Origin: a bacterium
GTDB taxonomy: Bacteria > Hydrothermota > Tepidihabitantia > Tepidihabitantales > Tepidihabitantaceae
Direction of reading: 5' to 3'
NCBI GenBank assembly: GCA_039793395.1
Contig: JBAMLV010000022.1
Location: 2,897-66,896 of the forward strand
Length of the DNA stretch: 64,000 nt
Both the position numbers and the translations under genes were made by a program. Below are positions 8,729 to 18,505 of the stretch, in pieces. Each line of letters begins with the position of its first letter. Position 1 is the stretch's first letter. Under the pieces are notes generated by a model. That model was not told the origin of the DNA. It worked only from the letters and a program-made list of their open reading frames with translations, and did no database searches.

Positions 8729-9959
8729 CCGGAACGGGAGCTGGACGGTGCCGGGTGGTGGTCTTGGCCTTTATGGTTTGAGTTACAAGCCGAGCGCGGT
8801 TCTGCGAAATGTGCCCAATTCACCACTGGATTATCAGCTGTTTCTGCTGGTAGTGATACTGAGTTCTATCGGTTTGATCGCAGTTTACACCTCAACCTAT
8901 CATCTGGGACTTGAGTATCTGCGAAGGCATATCATTCGGCTGGGTATCGGAGCGCTATTACTGTGGTTGGGAATGAAACTAAATCTGCAACGACTGGGGA
9001 CCCGGAAAATTCAGTGGCTGTTGCTGATACTGAGTATTGGGTTGATGGTCGGGGCAATTATTTACGGAAATATCGGTGGCGAAGTTGCCCGGCGTCGGCT
9101 GGGCGTATTCCAGCCACAGGAGTTTGTGAAGTATGCACTCGTTATCTGGCTCGCCGGTTATTTTGAGCAGCTGCATGAGACCGGCGCAAGACAGACTTTT
9201 TTAAATACGATAGTGAAACCAGGACTGGTGGTGGCAATTATCGTCGGGACGGTGCTGGCACAGCCGGCGGTGGGTACGAGTGTGATTCTCGGGACGGCAA
9301 GTTTTATGGTTTTTGTGCTCGCTGGTGTACGGTGGCGGTATCTTTTAACTGTGCTGGCATTGGCAGGGGTTTTGGTTGGGACTGGATTCGGAATAATGCC
9401 GGTATTGAAAAATACGAAGTTCCGGTATATTCCGGAGCGGTGGGAAAGGTTTATCAGTGGCGACCGGTACCACCAGCATCAGGCGCTGATTGCCTTAGGT
9501 TCGGGCGGTCCGGTGGGTAAAGGGCTGGGGGAAGGCAGGCAGAAGTATTATTTTTTACCGAAACTGCACAAGGATTTTATCTTCTGTGCAATCGGTGAGG
9601 AGTCCGGGTTTTTAGGATGCGGGCTGATTATGCTGTTCTACTTCCTCCTGGCGTTGAGGATGTTCAGAATCGGTGAGCGGTCGGCAAGCGAGTTTGGCCG
9701 GCTGTTGAGCGGCGGGGTTGGGGTACTAATAACGGTTTATGCATTGGTGCACATTGCAGTGTCGTTGGACATAGTGCCCTGCACCGGTCAGCCACTGCCG
9801 TTTATTTCCTACGGTGGTTCGGCGCTGACAGCCAATATGTTTGCGATTGGACTGGTATTGAATGTGTCCAGACATAGGAGGAGCGGTCTTGATGAAGAGG
9901 ATATTAATGGTCGCGGGTGGAACCGGTGGTCACATTTTCCCCGGTCTGGCATTGGCTGA
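8709..9959 (+). CDS. ftsW: SEDS-family peptidoglycan glycosyltransferase FtsW
   Basis: Polytopic. FQPQEFVKYALVIWLAGY and LPFISYGGSAL SEDS motifs. The start is uncertain: ATG 8709 (GGGAGGG 9 nt upstream) or GTG 8748 (GGGAG 7 nt upstream). The ORF-track start at 8655 is unlikely. Confidence 0.8.
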   Translation: MRSGVYNRNGSWTVPGGGLGLYGLSYKPSAVLRNVPNSPLDYQLFLLVVILSSIGLIAVYTSTYHLGLEYLRRHIIRLGIGALLLWLGMKLNLQRLGTRKIQWLLLILSIGLMVGAIIYGNIGGEVARRRLGVFQPQEFVKYALVIWLAGYFEQLHETGARQTFLNTIVKPGLVVAIIVGTVLAQPAVGTSVILGTASFMVFVLAGVRWRYLLTVLALAGVLVGTGFGIMPVLKNTKFRYIPERWERFISGDRYHQHQALIALGSGGPVGKGLGEGRQKYYFLPKLHKDFIFCAIGEESGFLGCGLIMLFYFLLALRMFRIGERSASEFGRLLSGGVGVLITVYALVHIAVSLDIVPCTGQPLPFISYGGSALTANMFAIGLVLNVSRHRRSGLDEEDINGRGWNRWSHFPRSGIG

Positions 9960-10977
9960 GGAGCTGAAAGACCGCGGGGTGGAGGTGGTCTGGGTCGGTA
10001 GAGGCAACAGTCCGGAGGAGACGATTGCCAAGAGTGCAGGTTTCGAGTTTGAAAGGATAAGCGCGGGGCAGATTACAGGTAAGAGTGGGTTTGCCCGATT
10101 GCAGGGGATGGCAATGATTACGGCCGGGGTATTTCAGGCCTTGCGGGTGATTGAAAGCACGGCTCCGGATGCGGTGATTGGAGCAGGTGGATTTGTCAGC
10201 GTACCGGTGCTGACCGCCAGTCTGATGAAGGGGCTCAAGTTTTTTATGTTAGAGCAGAACTGTGTTCCCGGTCGAGTAACCAGGTTTTTTGCCCGCTGGG
10301 CAGCAGAGATTTTTTTGACCTTTCCGATTGAAGGGATTTTGAGGGGTAGGTGGACGGTGACCGGCACGCCGCTGCGCCGGGGTATTATTGAACGGTGTGC
10401 CCGGATTGATTTTACTCAACCGCCAGCAGGGGGACGGACTTTGCTGGTGCTGGGTGGGAGTCAGGGTGCTCGGGTGTTGAATATGGCGGCGCTGGATTTG
10501 GCGGCGACATTGCCCAATCTCCGGGTGATTATCGTTACCGGCCGGCGGGATTACCAGTTAGTGAGGTCACTTTTGCGGTCCAAAAATTGTGAAATTGTGG
10601 ACTGGACCGACCATCCGGAGGAGCTGTATGCACAGGCAACACTGGCAGTTACCCGGGCGGGGGCGCTGGTCCTTTCGGAGTTGCTGGCATTCGGTGTGCC
10701 GATGATTGTCGTGCCCTTCCCCTATGCCGCTGACCGGCATCAGGATGCCAATGCCCGGTATGTTGCCAAGGCCGGTGCCGCAGTTGTGCTTGAGCAACCT
10801 CAGCTCTCCGGTCTGCCCAGTCTGGTTCAGAGGTTGATGGCTGAGCCCGAAAAGCTTGAACTGATGAGGCAGCGGGCAAAAACGGCAGCACGGGTTGACG
10901 CCGGGATGTTAATTGCCGGGAGAATTATGGCGGCAGTCAGCGGGGAAAAGGAAGGGGCAAGATGTTTGGCAGATTGA
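9892..10977 (+). CDS. murG: UDP-GlcNAc:lipid I GlcNAc transferase MurG
   Basis: The N-terminus MKRILMVAGGTGGHIFPGLALAEEL. AGGAGGAG SD sits 8 nt upstream of ATG 9892. It overlaps the 3' end of ftsW. Confidence 0.85.
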   Translation: MKRILMVAGGTGGHIFPGLALAEELKDRGVEVVWVGRGNSPEETIAKSAGFEFERISAGQITGKSGFARLQGMAMITAGVFQALRVIESTAPDAVIGAGGFVSVPVLTASLMKGLKFFMLEQNCVPGRVTRFFARWAAEIFLTFPIEGILRGRWTVTGTPLRRGIIERCARIDFTQPPAGGRTLLVLGGSQGARVLNMAALDLAATLPNLRVIIVTGRRDYQLVRSLLRSKNCEIVDWTDHPEELYAQATLAVTRAGALVLSELLAFGVPMIVVPFPYAADRHQDANARYVAKAGAAVVLEQPQLSGLPSLVQRLMAEPEKLELMRQRAKTAARVDAGMLIAGRIMAAVSGEKEGARCLAD

Positions 10978-12347
10978 AGCGGGTGCACTTTGTTGGGATT
11001 GGCGGTGCGGGAATGTCCGGCATCGCGCTGGTGCTGAAGAATTTGGGTTTTGAAGTAACCGGTTCTGACATTCAGGCAAGTGATGTGACCGAGCGTTTGC
11101 ACCGGGAAGGGATTAAGGTATATATCGGACACCGGACTGAGAACTGTGCCGATGCCGAGGTGGTGGTTTTTTCTACCGCGGTTACCGAGGATAATCCGGA
11201 ACTGGTGTGTGCCCGAAGCCGGGGGGTCCCGGTAATCAGACGGGCGGAGATGCTCGCTGAGTTGATGCGGTTGAAATTCAGTATCGCAATCTCCGGCAGT
11301 CACGGCAAAACAACTACTACCTCGCTGGTTACACATATTCTAACCCGGGCCGGGCTTGACCCAACTGCGGTAATTGGCGGTCGAATTGTAGGAGCGGAAA
11401 CCGGTGCCCGACTTGGACGGTCGGAGTATTTAGTTGTCGAGGCGGACGAAAGCGACCGATCGTTTGTGCTGCTTTATCCCGCGATTGCGGTGGTAACCAA
11501 TATTGAACCCGAGCATCTTGATTACTATAAAAACCTTCAGGACCTAAAGAAGGAGTTTATCCGGTTTGTCAACCGAGTGCCTTTTTACGGGAGTGTGATT
11601 CTGTGTCTTGATTCACCGGCGGTGCGGTCGATCCGGAACCGGATTGACCGACGGGTTGTTACCTACGGCGTAGACAGCGAGGCCGACTTTAAGGTGGAGG
11701 AGGTTCAGCTTTACCGTTTCAGTTCGGCATTCACCGTAGTTTACCAGGGAAAGCCGGTGGGCCGGTTCAGTCTCGCGATGGCGGGCAGACATAATGTTCA
11801 GAATGCGCTTGCCGGGATTGCGGTCGGGACCGAACTGGGAATAGATTTTGCGACCATTGAACAGGCACTGGCAACATTTACCGGCGTGCACCGGCGTCTG
11901 GAGCGAAAAGGGGAAGAAAAAGGGATTGTTGTTTTTGACGATTACGGTCATCATCCGACCGAAATCCGGGTGACGATTGAGGCATTGCGGCACGCCTATC
12001 CTGACAATCGGATTTTTGTGATATTTCAGCCCCATCGCTATACCCGGACGATGTTGCTCGCCGAAGAGTTCGGCAGTGCATTTGACCGGGCGGATGAGGT
12101 GGTGATTACCGGAATTTATGCTGCAGCGGAGCCGCCGATTCCCGGAGTTGATGAGCAAATGATTGTGGCGGCGGTCAGGAGCCGGGGGCGGCCGGGATTG
12201 ACCGTGCATCACCAGCCGGAGCTGAGCGCAGCGGCAGAATTTGTTGTGCCCCGACTGAAAAGGGGTGATGTAGTTCTGACGCTGGGCGCAGGCAGTATCA
12301 CCAGGCTGGCTGATGAGTTATTGAAACTTATCCGGGAGCAGCTGTAA
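10962..12347 (+). CDS. murC: UDP-MurNAc:L-alanine ligase MurC
   Basis: VHFVGIGGAGMSGIA N-terminal dinucleotide fold and the P-loop SGSHGKTTTT. Confidence 0.9.
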   Translation: MFGRLKRVHFVGIGGAGMSGIALVLKNLGFEVTGSDIQASDVTERLHREGIKVYIGHRTENCADAEVVVFSTAVTEDNPELVCARSRGVPVIRRAEMLAELMRLKFSIAISGSHGKTTTTSLVTHILTRAGLDPTAVIGGRIVGAETGARLGRSEYLVVEADESDRSFVLLYPAIAVVTNIEPEHLDYYKNLQDLKKEFIRFVNRVPFYGSVILCLDSPAVRSIRNRIDRRVVTYGVDSEADFKVEEVQLYRFSSAFTVVYQGKPVGRFSLAMAGRHNVQNALAGIAVGTELGIDFATIEQALATFTGVHRRLERKGEEKGIVVFDDYGHHPTEIRVTIEALRHAYPDNRIFVIFQPHRYTRTMLLAEEFGSAFDRADEVVITGIYAAAEPPIPGVDEQMIVAAVRSRGRPGLTVHHQPELSAAAEFVVPRLKRGDVVLTLGAGSITRLADELLKLIREQL

Positions 12348-13267
12348 TGGCAGGGGAGTGGCAGGAGAGGCTGAAACGGATAATTACTGAGACGGGTGGT
12401 GTGGTGATGTTCAACGAGCCACTTGCGCGGCACACCAGTTTTCGCATCGGTGGTCCGGCCGATGCCGTCGTGATTATTCAGGACTTAAACGGGCTTATCC
12501 GGCTACGGGCAGGCTGCCGGGAACTGGGATTGGGGTTGGTGGTGCTCGGCCGGGGTACCAATGTGCTGATTTCGGATCAGGGGCTGCGGGGGGTGGTGGT
12601 AAAGCTGGAGGGTGAGTTCAGCCGGATTGAGGTCAGCGGAAACCGGATTAGGGCTGGTGCCGGCGCACTGCTGGACCGGATAGCCGAAGCTGGGGCGGCG
12701 AATGGACTGACCGGCGCGGAGTTTCTTGCTGGAATACCCGGAACTGTGGGGGGTGGTCTGATGAGCAATGCCGGTGCGTTCGGTCAGAGCATTGCCGATA
12801 TCGTGCAGGAGATTGAACTGCTGGAGCCGGATGACAGGGTGCGGGTGTTGAAACGAACCGAGGTGCGCGCCGGTTATCGCCAGTCGCTGCTGCCGCCGGG
12901 CACCTGGGCGTTATCAGTGGTGCTTGAGTTAAAAGAGGGGAGCGGACGCAACGGTAAGGCGATCCGTGCCGAACGTCGGGCAAAACATCCGACTGAGCCT
13001 TCGGCCGGTTCCTTTTTCAAAAATCCAGAAACGATGCCCGCCGGGAAACTGATAGAACAATGCGGGCTCAAGGGGATGAGGGTGGGGCAGGCAGCGGTTT
13101 CGGAGCGGCATGCCAATTTTATTGTCAATTTAGGTAGTGCCAGATTTGTTGAAGTTTATGAACTGATTCAGATTATCAAGGCAACGGTTGAAGAAAAGAC
13201 CGGCGTTGAGCTTGAGGAGGAGGTCCAGGTGCTTCCGCTGTCGGGCTCAGCCGGGGTCAGGAGGTGA
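12347..13267 (+). CDS. murB: UDP-N-acetylenolpyruvoylglucosamine reductase MurB
   Basis: FRIGGPADAVV and SAGSFFKNP motifs. The ATG overlaps the murC TAA (TAATG). Confidence 0.9.
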   Translation: MAGEWQERLKRIITETGGVVMFNEPLARHTSFRIGGPADAVVIIQDLNGLIRLRAGCRELGLGLVVLGRGTNVLISDQGLRGVVVKLEGEFSRIEVSGNRIRAGAGALLDRIAEAGAANGLTGAEFLAGIPGTVGGGLMSNAGAFGQSIADIVQEIELLEPDDRVRVLKRTEVRAGYRQSLLPPGTWALSVVLELKEGSGRNGKAIRAERRAKHPTEPSAGSFFKNPETMPAGKLIEQCGLKGMRVGQAAVSERHANFIVNLGSARFVEVYELIQIIKATVEEKTGVELEEEVQVLPLSGSAGVRR

Positions 13268-13271
13268 AAAA

Positions 13272-14498
13272 ATGGCAAAGGTTAGAAGGATTACTGCGAT
13301 TGACATTGGGACGACCAAGATTGTCTGTATGATTGCCGAGGTGGACAGTACCGGCAAGACCGAAATCAAGGGTTATGGTGTGTCGCCACCGGACGGATTC
13401 CGGCTGGGCGTGGTCGTCAGTCTGGACAAGGCAACTGAGTCTTTTACCGGGGCAATTGAGCAGGCGGAAAAAATGGCACAGTGCCGGATTGGCACCGGTC
13501 CAGTATTTACCAGTATTACTGGCGATCACATCAAGCATCTGCCCGGTTTGGGAGCGGTACCGGTTAGTCGGCCCACGCGGGGGATTCAGCTCCGGGATAT
13601 TGAGGATGTAATCCGGCAGGCACAGACGATTCGGCTCCCGAATGATGAGCAGATACTGCATGTGATACCAACTCAGTTTATTGTTGACGGCCAGAAGGGG
13701 GTGCGTAACCCACTGGGGCTATTCGGAGTCCGGCTGGAGGTGGAAGCGCTGCTGATCATCGGTGCGGTGACCGCGATTGCAAATATCTATCGGGTGTTGG
13801 AGCGGCTGGAGATAAAGAATCGGGCGCTGGTGCTGCAGTCGCTGGCAACCTCTTACGGGGTGTGCGATGAGCAGGATAAGGAACTGGGGGTGGTGATAAT
13901 TGACATCGGCGGCGTGATTGATGTGTCCATTTACCGGGAGGGAGAAATACGCTGGACCAAGATGTTGCCGGCGGGGGCGGCGAATATTACCAAGGATGTG
14001 GCAATCGGTCTGCGCACCTCCTATCAGCAGGCGGAGATAGTTAAGCGCGAGTTCGGAGTGGCAATGGCAGGAATGATTGAGCGGGATGAGGCGCTGACGA
14101 TTGAGGATGCTTCGGGACGGGGACCGAAACAGGTTTCCCGGCGGCTACTGGCATCAATTATTGAACTCCGGGTTGAGGAGTTGCTGAATCTTGCCGACGC
14201 CGAAATCAGGAAGTCGCAGCTTGCCGACGGACTGTCCGGCGGCGTTATCCTGACCGGCGGCGGTGCGCAATTGCCCGGGATTGATATTCTGGCAGAGCAG
14301 ATCTGCGGTATGCCGGTTAAGATTGGCCGACCGGAGCGGATAAACGGACCGCGGGAGGTGGTTAGCAATCCCGCATTTGCTACCGCGGTCGGTTTGATTC
14401 GCTGTGCTGTTGAAGGTAAGAGCAGTCAGTTGCACCGGTTGCCTGCGCCCAGTCTGGGACGGAGGCTCTGGGAGGATTTAAAAGCCTGGTTTACTTAA
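13272..14498 (+). CDS. ftsA: Cell division protein FtsA
   Basis: Actin-fold motifs AIDIGTTKIVCMIAEV and GGGAQLPGI. AGGAGG SD precedes ATG 13272. The ORF-track start at 13188 lies inside murB. Confidence 0.9.
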   Translation: MAKVRRITAIDIGTTKIVCMIAEVDSTGKTEIKGYGVSPPDGFRLGVVVSLDKATESFTGAIEQAEKMAQCRIGTGPVFTSITGDHIKHLPGLGAVPVSRPTRGIQLRDIEDVIRQAQTIRLPNDEQILHVIPTQFIVDGQKGVRNPLGLFGVRLEVEALLIIGAVTAIANIYRVLERLEIKNRALVLQSLATSYGVCDEQDKELGVVIIDIGGVIDVSIYREGEIRWTKMLPAGAANITKDVAIGLRTSYQQAEIVKREFGVAMAGMIERDEALTIEDASGRGPKQVSRRLLASIIELRVEELLNLADAEIRKSQLADGLSGGVILTGGGAQLPGIDILAEQICGMPVKIGRPERINGPREVVSNPAFATAVGLIRCAVEGKSSQLHRLPAPSLGRRLWEDLKAWFT

Positions 14499-14521
14499 AA
14501 CAACAATGAAAGGAGGTAGGA

Positions 14522-15616
14522 GTGATTGAACCGGTAGAGGAAAGAAGTCTGACGCGCATCGGAGTTTTTGGGGTCGGTGGTGCCGGCGGTAATGCGGTCA
14601 ATCATATGGTAGATGCCCGGCTGAGCGGAGTGGAGTTGTTTGCCGTGAATACCGACCTGCAGGCGTTATCAATGTCGCTGGCACCGAACAAAATTCAGAT
14701 CGGTGCCCAGCTGACCGGCGGGCTCGGTTCTGGCGGAGATCCGAAAATTGGCCGGCAGGCGGCAGAGGAATCAATTGAAATCCTGCGAGAAAATCTTGCT
14801 GGTTTTGATATGGTGTTTATCGCCGCCGGCGAGGGAGGTGGAACCGGAACCGGTGCCGCGCCGGTGATTGCTCAGGAGGCAAAGCAGCAGGGTGCACTGG
14901 TAGTGGCGGTGGTCACCCGGCCGTTTGATTTTGAAGGCCGACAGCGCCGGGAGAAGGCGCAGGCGGGAATTGAAGCCCTGAAGCCGCATGTTGATACCCT
15001 GATTGTCATTCCCAATCAGCGGATTCTGGAGGTTTACGGCGCGCAGCCCTGTTTTGAAGCCTTCCGGCTGGCAGATGAGGTGCTACTTAATGCGGTCCGG
15101 GGAATATCGGAAATCGTTACCACCAGGCAGTTGATTAACATTGATTTTGCCGATGTCCGGACGGTGATGAGCGAACGGGGTGGAGCGGTGATGTCGGTCG
15201 GCATTGCTGAAGGCGAAGGCCGGGCAAGCGAGGCGGCGCACCGGGCTTTACGTTCACCGCTGATTGAGGATATTTCAATTGAAAGCGCCAGGCGAGTGCT
15301 GTTGAACATCTCGGGTGATGAGTCAATGACCCTGAAGGAGGTGGAGGAGGCAGTGCAGATTATCTACCATGCGACCAATGGCCAGGCGGACATCAGAATG
15401 GGAGCGGCACGGCTGACCGATCTGAAGTCAGCAATGAAGGTGACACTGATTGCCACCGGGCTGAATGAACCGTTGCCGCGGCTGGAGGATGTGACCGATT
15501 TCATTAGCAGTTCAGAAATGGTCCCGCTGAAGCGCCGGGTTACCGGTCGGGGTGAACTACCGGTTGACAAATCGGATCTGGAGGTGCCTACTTTTATCCG
15601 ACGCCAGCTTGATTAA
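14522..15616 (+). CDS. ftsZ: Cell division GTPase FtsZ
   Basis: GVGGAGGNAVNHM and the tubulin signature GGGTGTGAAPVIA. GTG start preceded by AAAGGAGG. Confidence 0.95.
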   Translation: MIEPVEERSLTRIGVFGVGGAGGNAVNHMVDARLSGVELFAVNTDLQALSMSLAPNKIQIGAQLTGGLGSGGDPKIGRQAAEESIEILRENLAGFDMVFIAAGEGGGTGTGAAPVIAQEAKQQGALVVAVVTRPFDFEGRQRREKAQAGIEALKPHVDTLIVIPNQRILEVYGAQPCFEAFRLADEVLLNAVRGISEIVTTRQLINIDFADVRTVMSERGGAVMSVGIAEGEGRASEAAHRALRSPLIEDISIESARRVLLNISGDESMTLKEVEEAVQIIYHATNGQADIRMGAARLTDLKSAMKVTLIATGLNEPLPRLEDVTDFISSSEMVPLKRRVTGRGELPVDKSDLEVPTFIRRQLD

Positions 15617-15618
15617 TG

Positions 15619-15645
15619 AACGGCCTTAATCTTCAGCCGTTTTTT
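15619..15645 (+). terminator. Weak hairpin plus T-run after ftsZ (possible intrinsic terminator)
   Basis: AACGGC (15619-15624) pairs with GCCGTT (15636-15641) around an 11-nt loop, followed by a T-run to 15645. The stem is short, the loop is large, and it overlaps the convergent purF stop codon. Confidence 0.3.
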
Positions 15646-17147
15646 CTTGCCGCCTGCTCAATCCAGCGTCGCCGTTCGGCTTCCAGTGCCCGCAGGTCCC
15701 GTTCGGTAATGCCGGTGGGATAAACGCCGTTGAAACAGGCGGTGCAGAATTGACGGTCTGGGTGGTTTCCCCGAACCGCCTCAATCAGCCCGTCGTAGGT
15801 CTGATAAATCAGTTCATCCGCACCGATGAGCCGGGCAATTTGCTTCTCAGTTTTGCCCTTGGCAATAAACTCGCCCCGGGTCATCATATCAATCCCATAT
15901 ACGCAGGGGTGTCGGAGCGGCGGTGCGGTTACCGCCAGATACACCCGCCGGGCACCCGCATCCCGGACCATCTGCACCAGTTCCTTGGATGTGGTGCCGC
16001 GGACAATTGAGTCGTCAACCAGGAGGATGTTTTTGCCCTGAATCTGGGAACGGACCGGGTTGAGTTTCTGGCGCACCGAAAATGCCCGGTTGATTGTTGC
16101 CGGCGTGATAAAGGTCCGGGCGATGTAGCGGTTTTTAATCAGGCCTTCGCGCATTTCGAGGTTCATTACCCGGGCGAGGGCGCTACCAGCCGGTCGGGCG
16201 GTGTCCGGCACCGGAATGACAATGTCGGGTCTGATATTGCGTCTGAGGACCTCGCGGGCAAGGGTTTCACCGAGCCGGAGCCGGGCTTCATAAACTTCAA
16301 TACCGTCAATCACCGAGTCTGGCCGGGCAAAGTACACATACTCAAAGATACAGGTGTGGAGGTTGCCGGGTTCAATCTGGTGGTAATGCAGCCGGTGATG
16401 GCGGTCGATAAAGACCGCCTCGCCGGGTTTCACATCCCGGAACTCCTGGAAACCAATCAGATCGAGGGCAACACTTTCCGAGGCAAGGGCGTATTCATGT
16501 ACCGGTCTTTTTTTAAGCACGCTCTGGCGCAGGCTTTTTGTGCCGGTTTCAGCAGTAACCGGTCTGCTGCCGATTACCAGCGGCCGGATGCCACTGGGGT
16601 CGCGAAAGGCAACCAGTCCCTGTTGATGAATGAGCGCAACTACCGAATAGGCACCCTTTGCCCGGTTGAACACCCCCCGGACCGCCTGATAAATGTGTTC
16701 TGGTTTCAGCTGTCCGGAACGGCACTTTTCCAGTTCGTACGCAAAAACATTCAGAATCGGCTCCACATCGCAGAAACTGGTTAGCTGACGCAGGTCTCGG
16801 GTTTCCAATTCGTGGCGCAGGGTAAAGTAGTTTGTCAGATTGCCGTTATGCACCATACCGATACCATAGGGATGATTGACAAAAAATGGCTGGGCATCCT
16901 CGCTTGTGCCCGGTCCAATTGTCGGATAACGGGTATGGCCAATGCCGAGTGAGCCGGTTAGCCGGGCAAGGTTTTTTTCGTTAAATACCCGGTTGACCAA
17001 TCCGTTCCCCTTTTTCAGATGTAAGGTGACATCAGAGGTAAGGATTCCGGCTGAATCCTGACCCCGGTGCTGTAGTGCCAGCAGGCCGGTTACCAGGTCA
17101 GGTGCTACCGGCTGATTAAAATAGAAAAGCCCCAGAACACCACACAC
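15633..17147 (-). CDS. purF: Amidophosphoribosyltransferase PurF
   Basis: The initiator codon (GTG) is followed by the Ntn catalytic Cys (MCGVLG). PRPP-binding DDSIVRGTT and the C-terminal Cys cluster CTACFNGVYP are present. Confidence 0.9.
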   Translation of the reverse strand: MCGVLGLFYFNQPVAPDLVTGLLALQHRGQDSAGILTSDVTLHLKKGNGLVNRVFNEKNLARLTGSLGIGHTRYPTIGPGTSEDAQPFFVNHPYGIGMVHNGNLTNYFTLRHELETRDLRQLTSFCDVEPILNVFAYELEKCRSGQLKPEHIYQAVRGVFNRAKGAYSVVALIHQQGLVAFRDPSGIRPLVIGSRPVTAETGTKSLRQSVLKKRPVHEYALASESVALDLIGFQEFRDVKPGEAVFIDRHHRLHYHQIEPGNLHTCIFEYVYFARPDSVIDGIEVYEARLRLGETLAREVLRRNIRPDIVIPVPDTARPAGSALARVMNLEMREGLIKNRYIARTFITPATINRAFSVRQKLNPVRSQIQGKNILLVDDSIVRGTTSKELVQMVRDAGARRVYLAVTAPPLRHPCVYGIDMMTRGEFIAKGKTEKQIARLIGADELIYQTYDGLIEAVRGNHPDRQFCTACFNGVYPTGITERDLRALEAERRRWIEQAARKNG

Positions 17148-17153
17148 CCGCTT

Positions 17154-17182
17154 ATTTTAATAAAACTGCACCGAAAATGCAA
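17154..17182 (-). promoter_or_regulatory. Putative purF promoter TTGCAT-N17-TAAAAT, with the -10 ending 6 nt before the GTG start
   Basis: Minus-strand read: TTGCAT (17182-17177), a 17-nt spacer, TAAAAT (17159-17154), AAGCGG, then GTG at 17147. No SD is possible in 6 nt. Confidence 0.5.
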
Positions 17183-17263
17183 ATTGAATATTTCTTGGCG
17201 TGGCGCCACAGAAGCAGTGGGTATCTATAAACTGCAACCAGCCCTTGGGGTGTTTGTTTAGGA

Positions 17264-18505
17264 TCACGAAAGCCGGATGTTGAGCAGAGGGATTTTCAGG
17301 CGGTTCCGGGGCGGTGGAGAGATTGCCAGACCAGAGCCGATGACCTCATTACCCATTTTCCCCTTCAGGAGGTCAATCGCCTGATACAGTCGTTCCATTT
17401 TCTCCAGCCGGAGAGGGTCATCAAAAATGGTGAGCTGAATGTTTTGGGCTGAAGTCAGGTGCGTGAGGATGATGCCGGTCTGACGGTAGACCACCCCGGG
17501 TTGATAAATTGCTTCAAACCCCTGCTGCACCAGCGGGCTGAGTAAAAGCGGATATGCCGAGGGCGCTGACAGTCGTAGCGCCACCGCCCGTTCCTGAAAA
17601 TCCCTGCTGCGCAGAAAAACAATCAGGCGCCGGGGTGCCAGTTTATAGCGGCGGGCTTTGAAACAGGCAGCTTCGAGATTGGAGCTCAGATGGGCATAGA
17701 TTGTCAGCCGGTCCGCGGTCGGAGTAAAGGTCTGCGTCTTGCTGATTGACTGGTAGTCGGTTTTCGGCTCCGGAATCACCGGATAAACCAGTCGGCCGTT
17801 TAGTTCCTGCCAGATTTCAAAGTAAGGTTTGGTAAAATGCCTGCGGATGAACTCTTCAGACCGACGGGCAAAGTCCAGGGCGGTGTTGATGCCCAGTTTC
17901 CGGCACCAAGAAGCGGTGTTGTGGCCAATGCCCCAGACCTCATCAACCGGCAATTTCTGAAGGAAATAGTGAATCTGTCGGCCCGGGATTACGGTCAAGC
18001 CTCCGGGTTTTTGATAACGGGAGGCGATTTTGGCCAGCACCTTGGTCAGGCTGATACCGATTGAGACCGAGATACCAAGTTCGGTACTGATGGTTTGCTG
18101 AATCCGGAAGCCCAGCTCGGGATAGGAGCAGTGGTAAACCCGGCGCAGACCGGTGATGTCAACAAAGGCTTCATCAATTGAATACTGTTCCACCACCGGC
18201 GAGAACCTTTTGAGAACTTCCATCATCCGGACCGAGAACAGGCTGTATTTTTCATAATCGGAGTTGATAATAATTACCTGCGGGTAAAGTTTCACCACTT
18301 CCCGAATGCGCATTCCTCGTTTTATGCCCAGCCGCTTTGCCTCATAACTTGCCGCGGTCACAATTCCTCTTTCCCGGCCGACCACCACCGGTTTGCCCGC
18401 GAGGGCAGGGTTAGTTGCCTGCTCACAGGCAACAAAGAAGGCATCAGCATCAAGGTGGAGAATCGCATTATGCCAGTCAAATACGGTCAGCGGCTGATTA
18501 TTCAT
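17264..18505 (-). CDS. Y-family translesion DNA polymerase (UmuC/PolY2-like)
   Basis: LDADAFFVACEQ and SIDEAFVDITG catalytic motifs; 413 aa. The start overlaps the lexA stop (ATGA). Confidence 0.85.
   Translation of the reverse strand: MNNQPLTVFDWHNAILHLDADAFFVACEQATNPALAGKPVVVGRERGIVTAASYEAKRLGIKRGMRIREVVKLYPQVIIINSDYEKYSLFSVRMMEVLKRFSPVVEQYSIDEAFVDITGLRRVYHCSYPELGFRIQQTISTELGISVSIGISLTKVLAKIASRYQKPGGLTVIPGRQIHYFLQKLPVDEVWGIGHNTASWCRKLGINTALDFARRSEEFIRRHFTKPYFEIWQELNGRLVYPVIPEPKTDYQSISKTQTFTPTADRLTIYAHLSSNLEAACFKARRYKLAPRRLIVFLRSRDFQERAVALRLSAPSAYPLLLSPLVQQGFEAIYQPGVVYRQTGIILTHLTSAQNIQLTIFDDPLRLEKMERLYQAIDLLKGKMGNEVIGSGLAISPPPRNRLKIPLLNIRLS

Noticed and set aside
13188-13271. The ftsA start at 13188.
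   Set aside because: It lies within the 3' end of murB. AGGAGG plus ATG 13272 gives the conserved MAKV..ITAIDIGTTK N-terminus.
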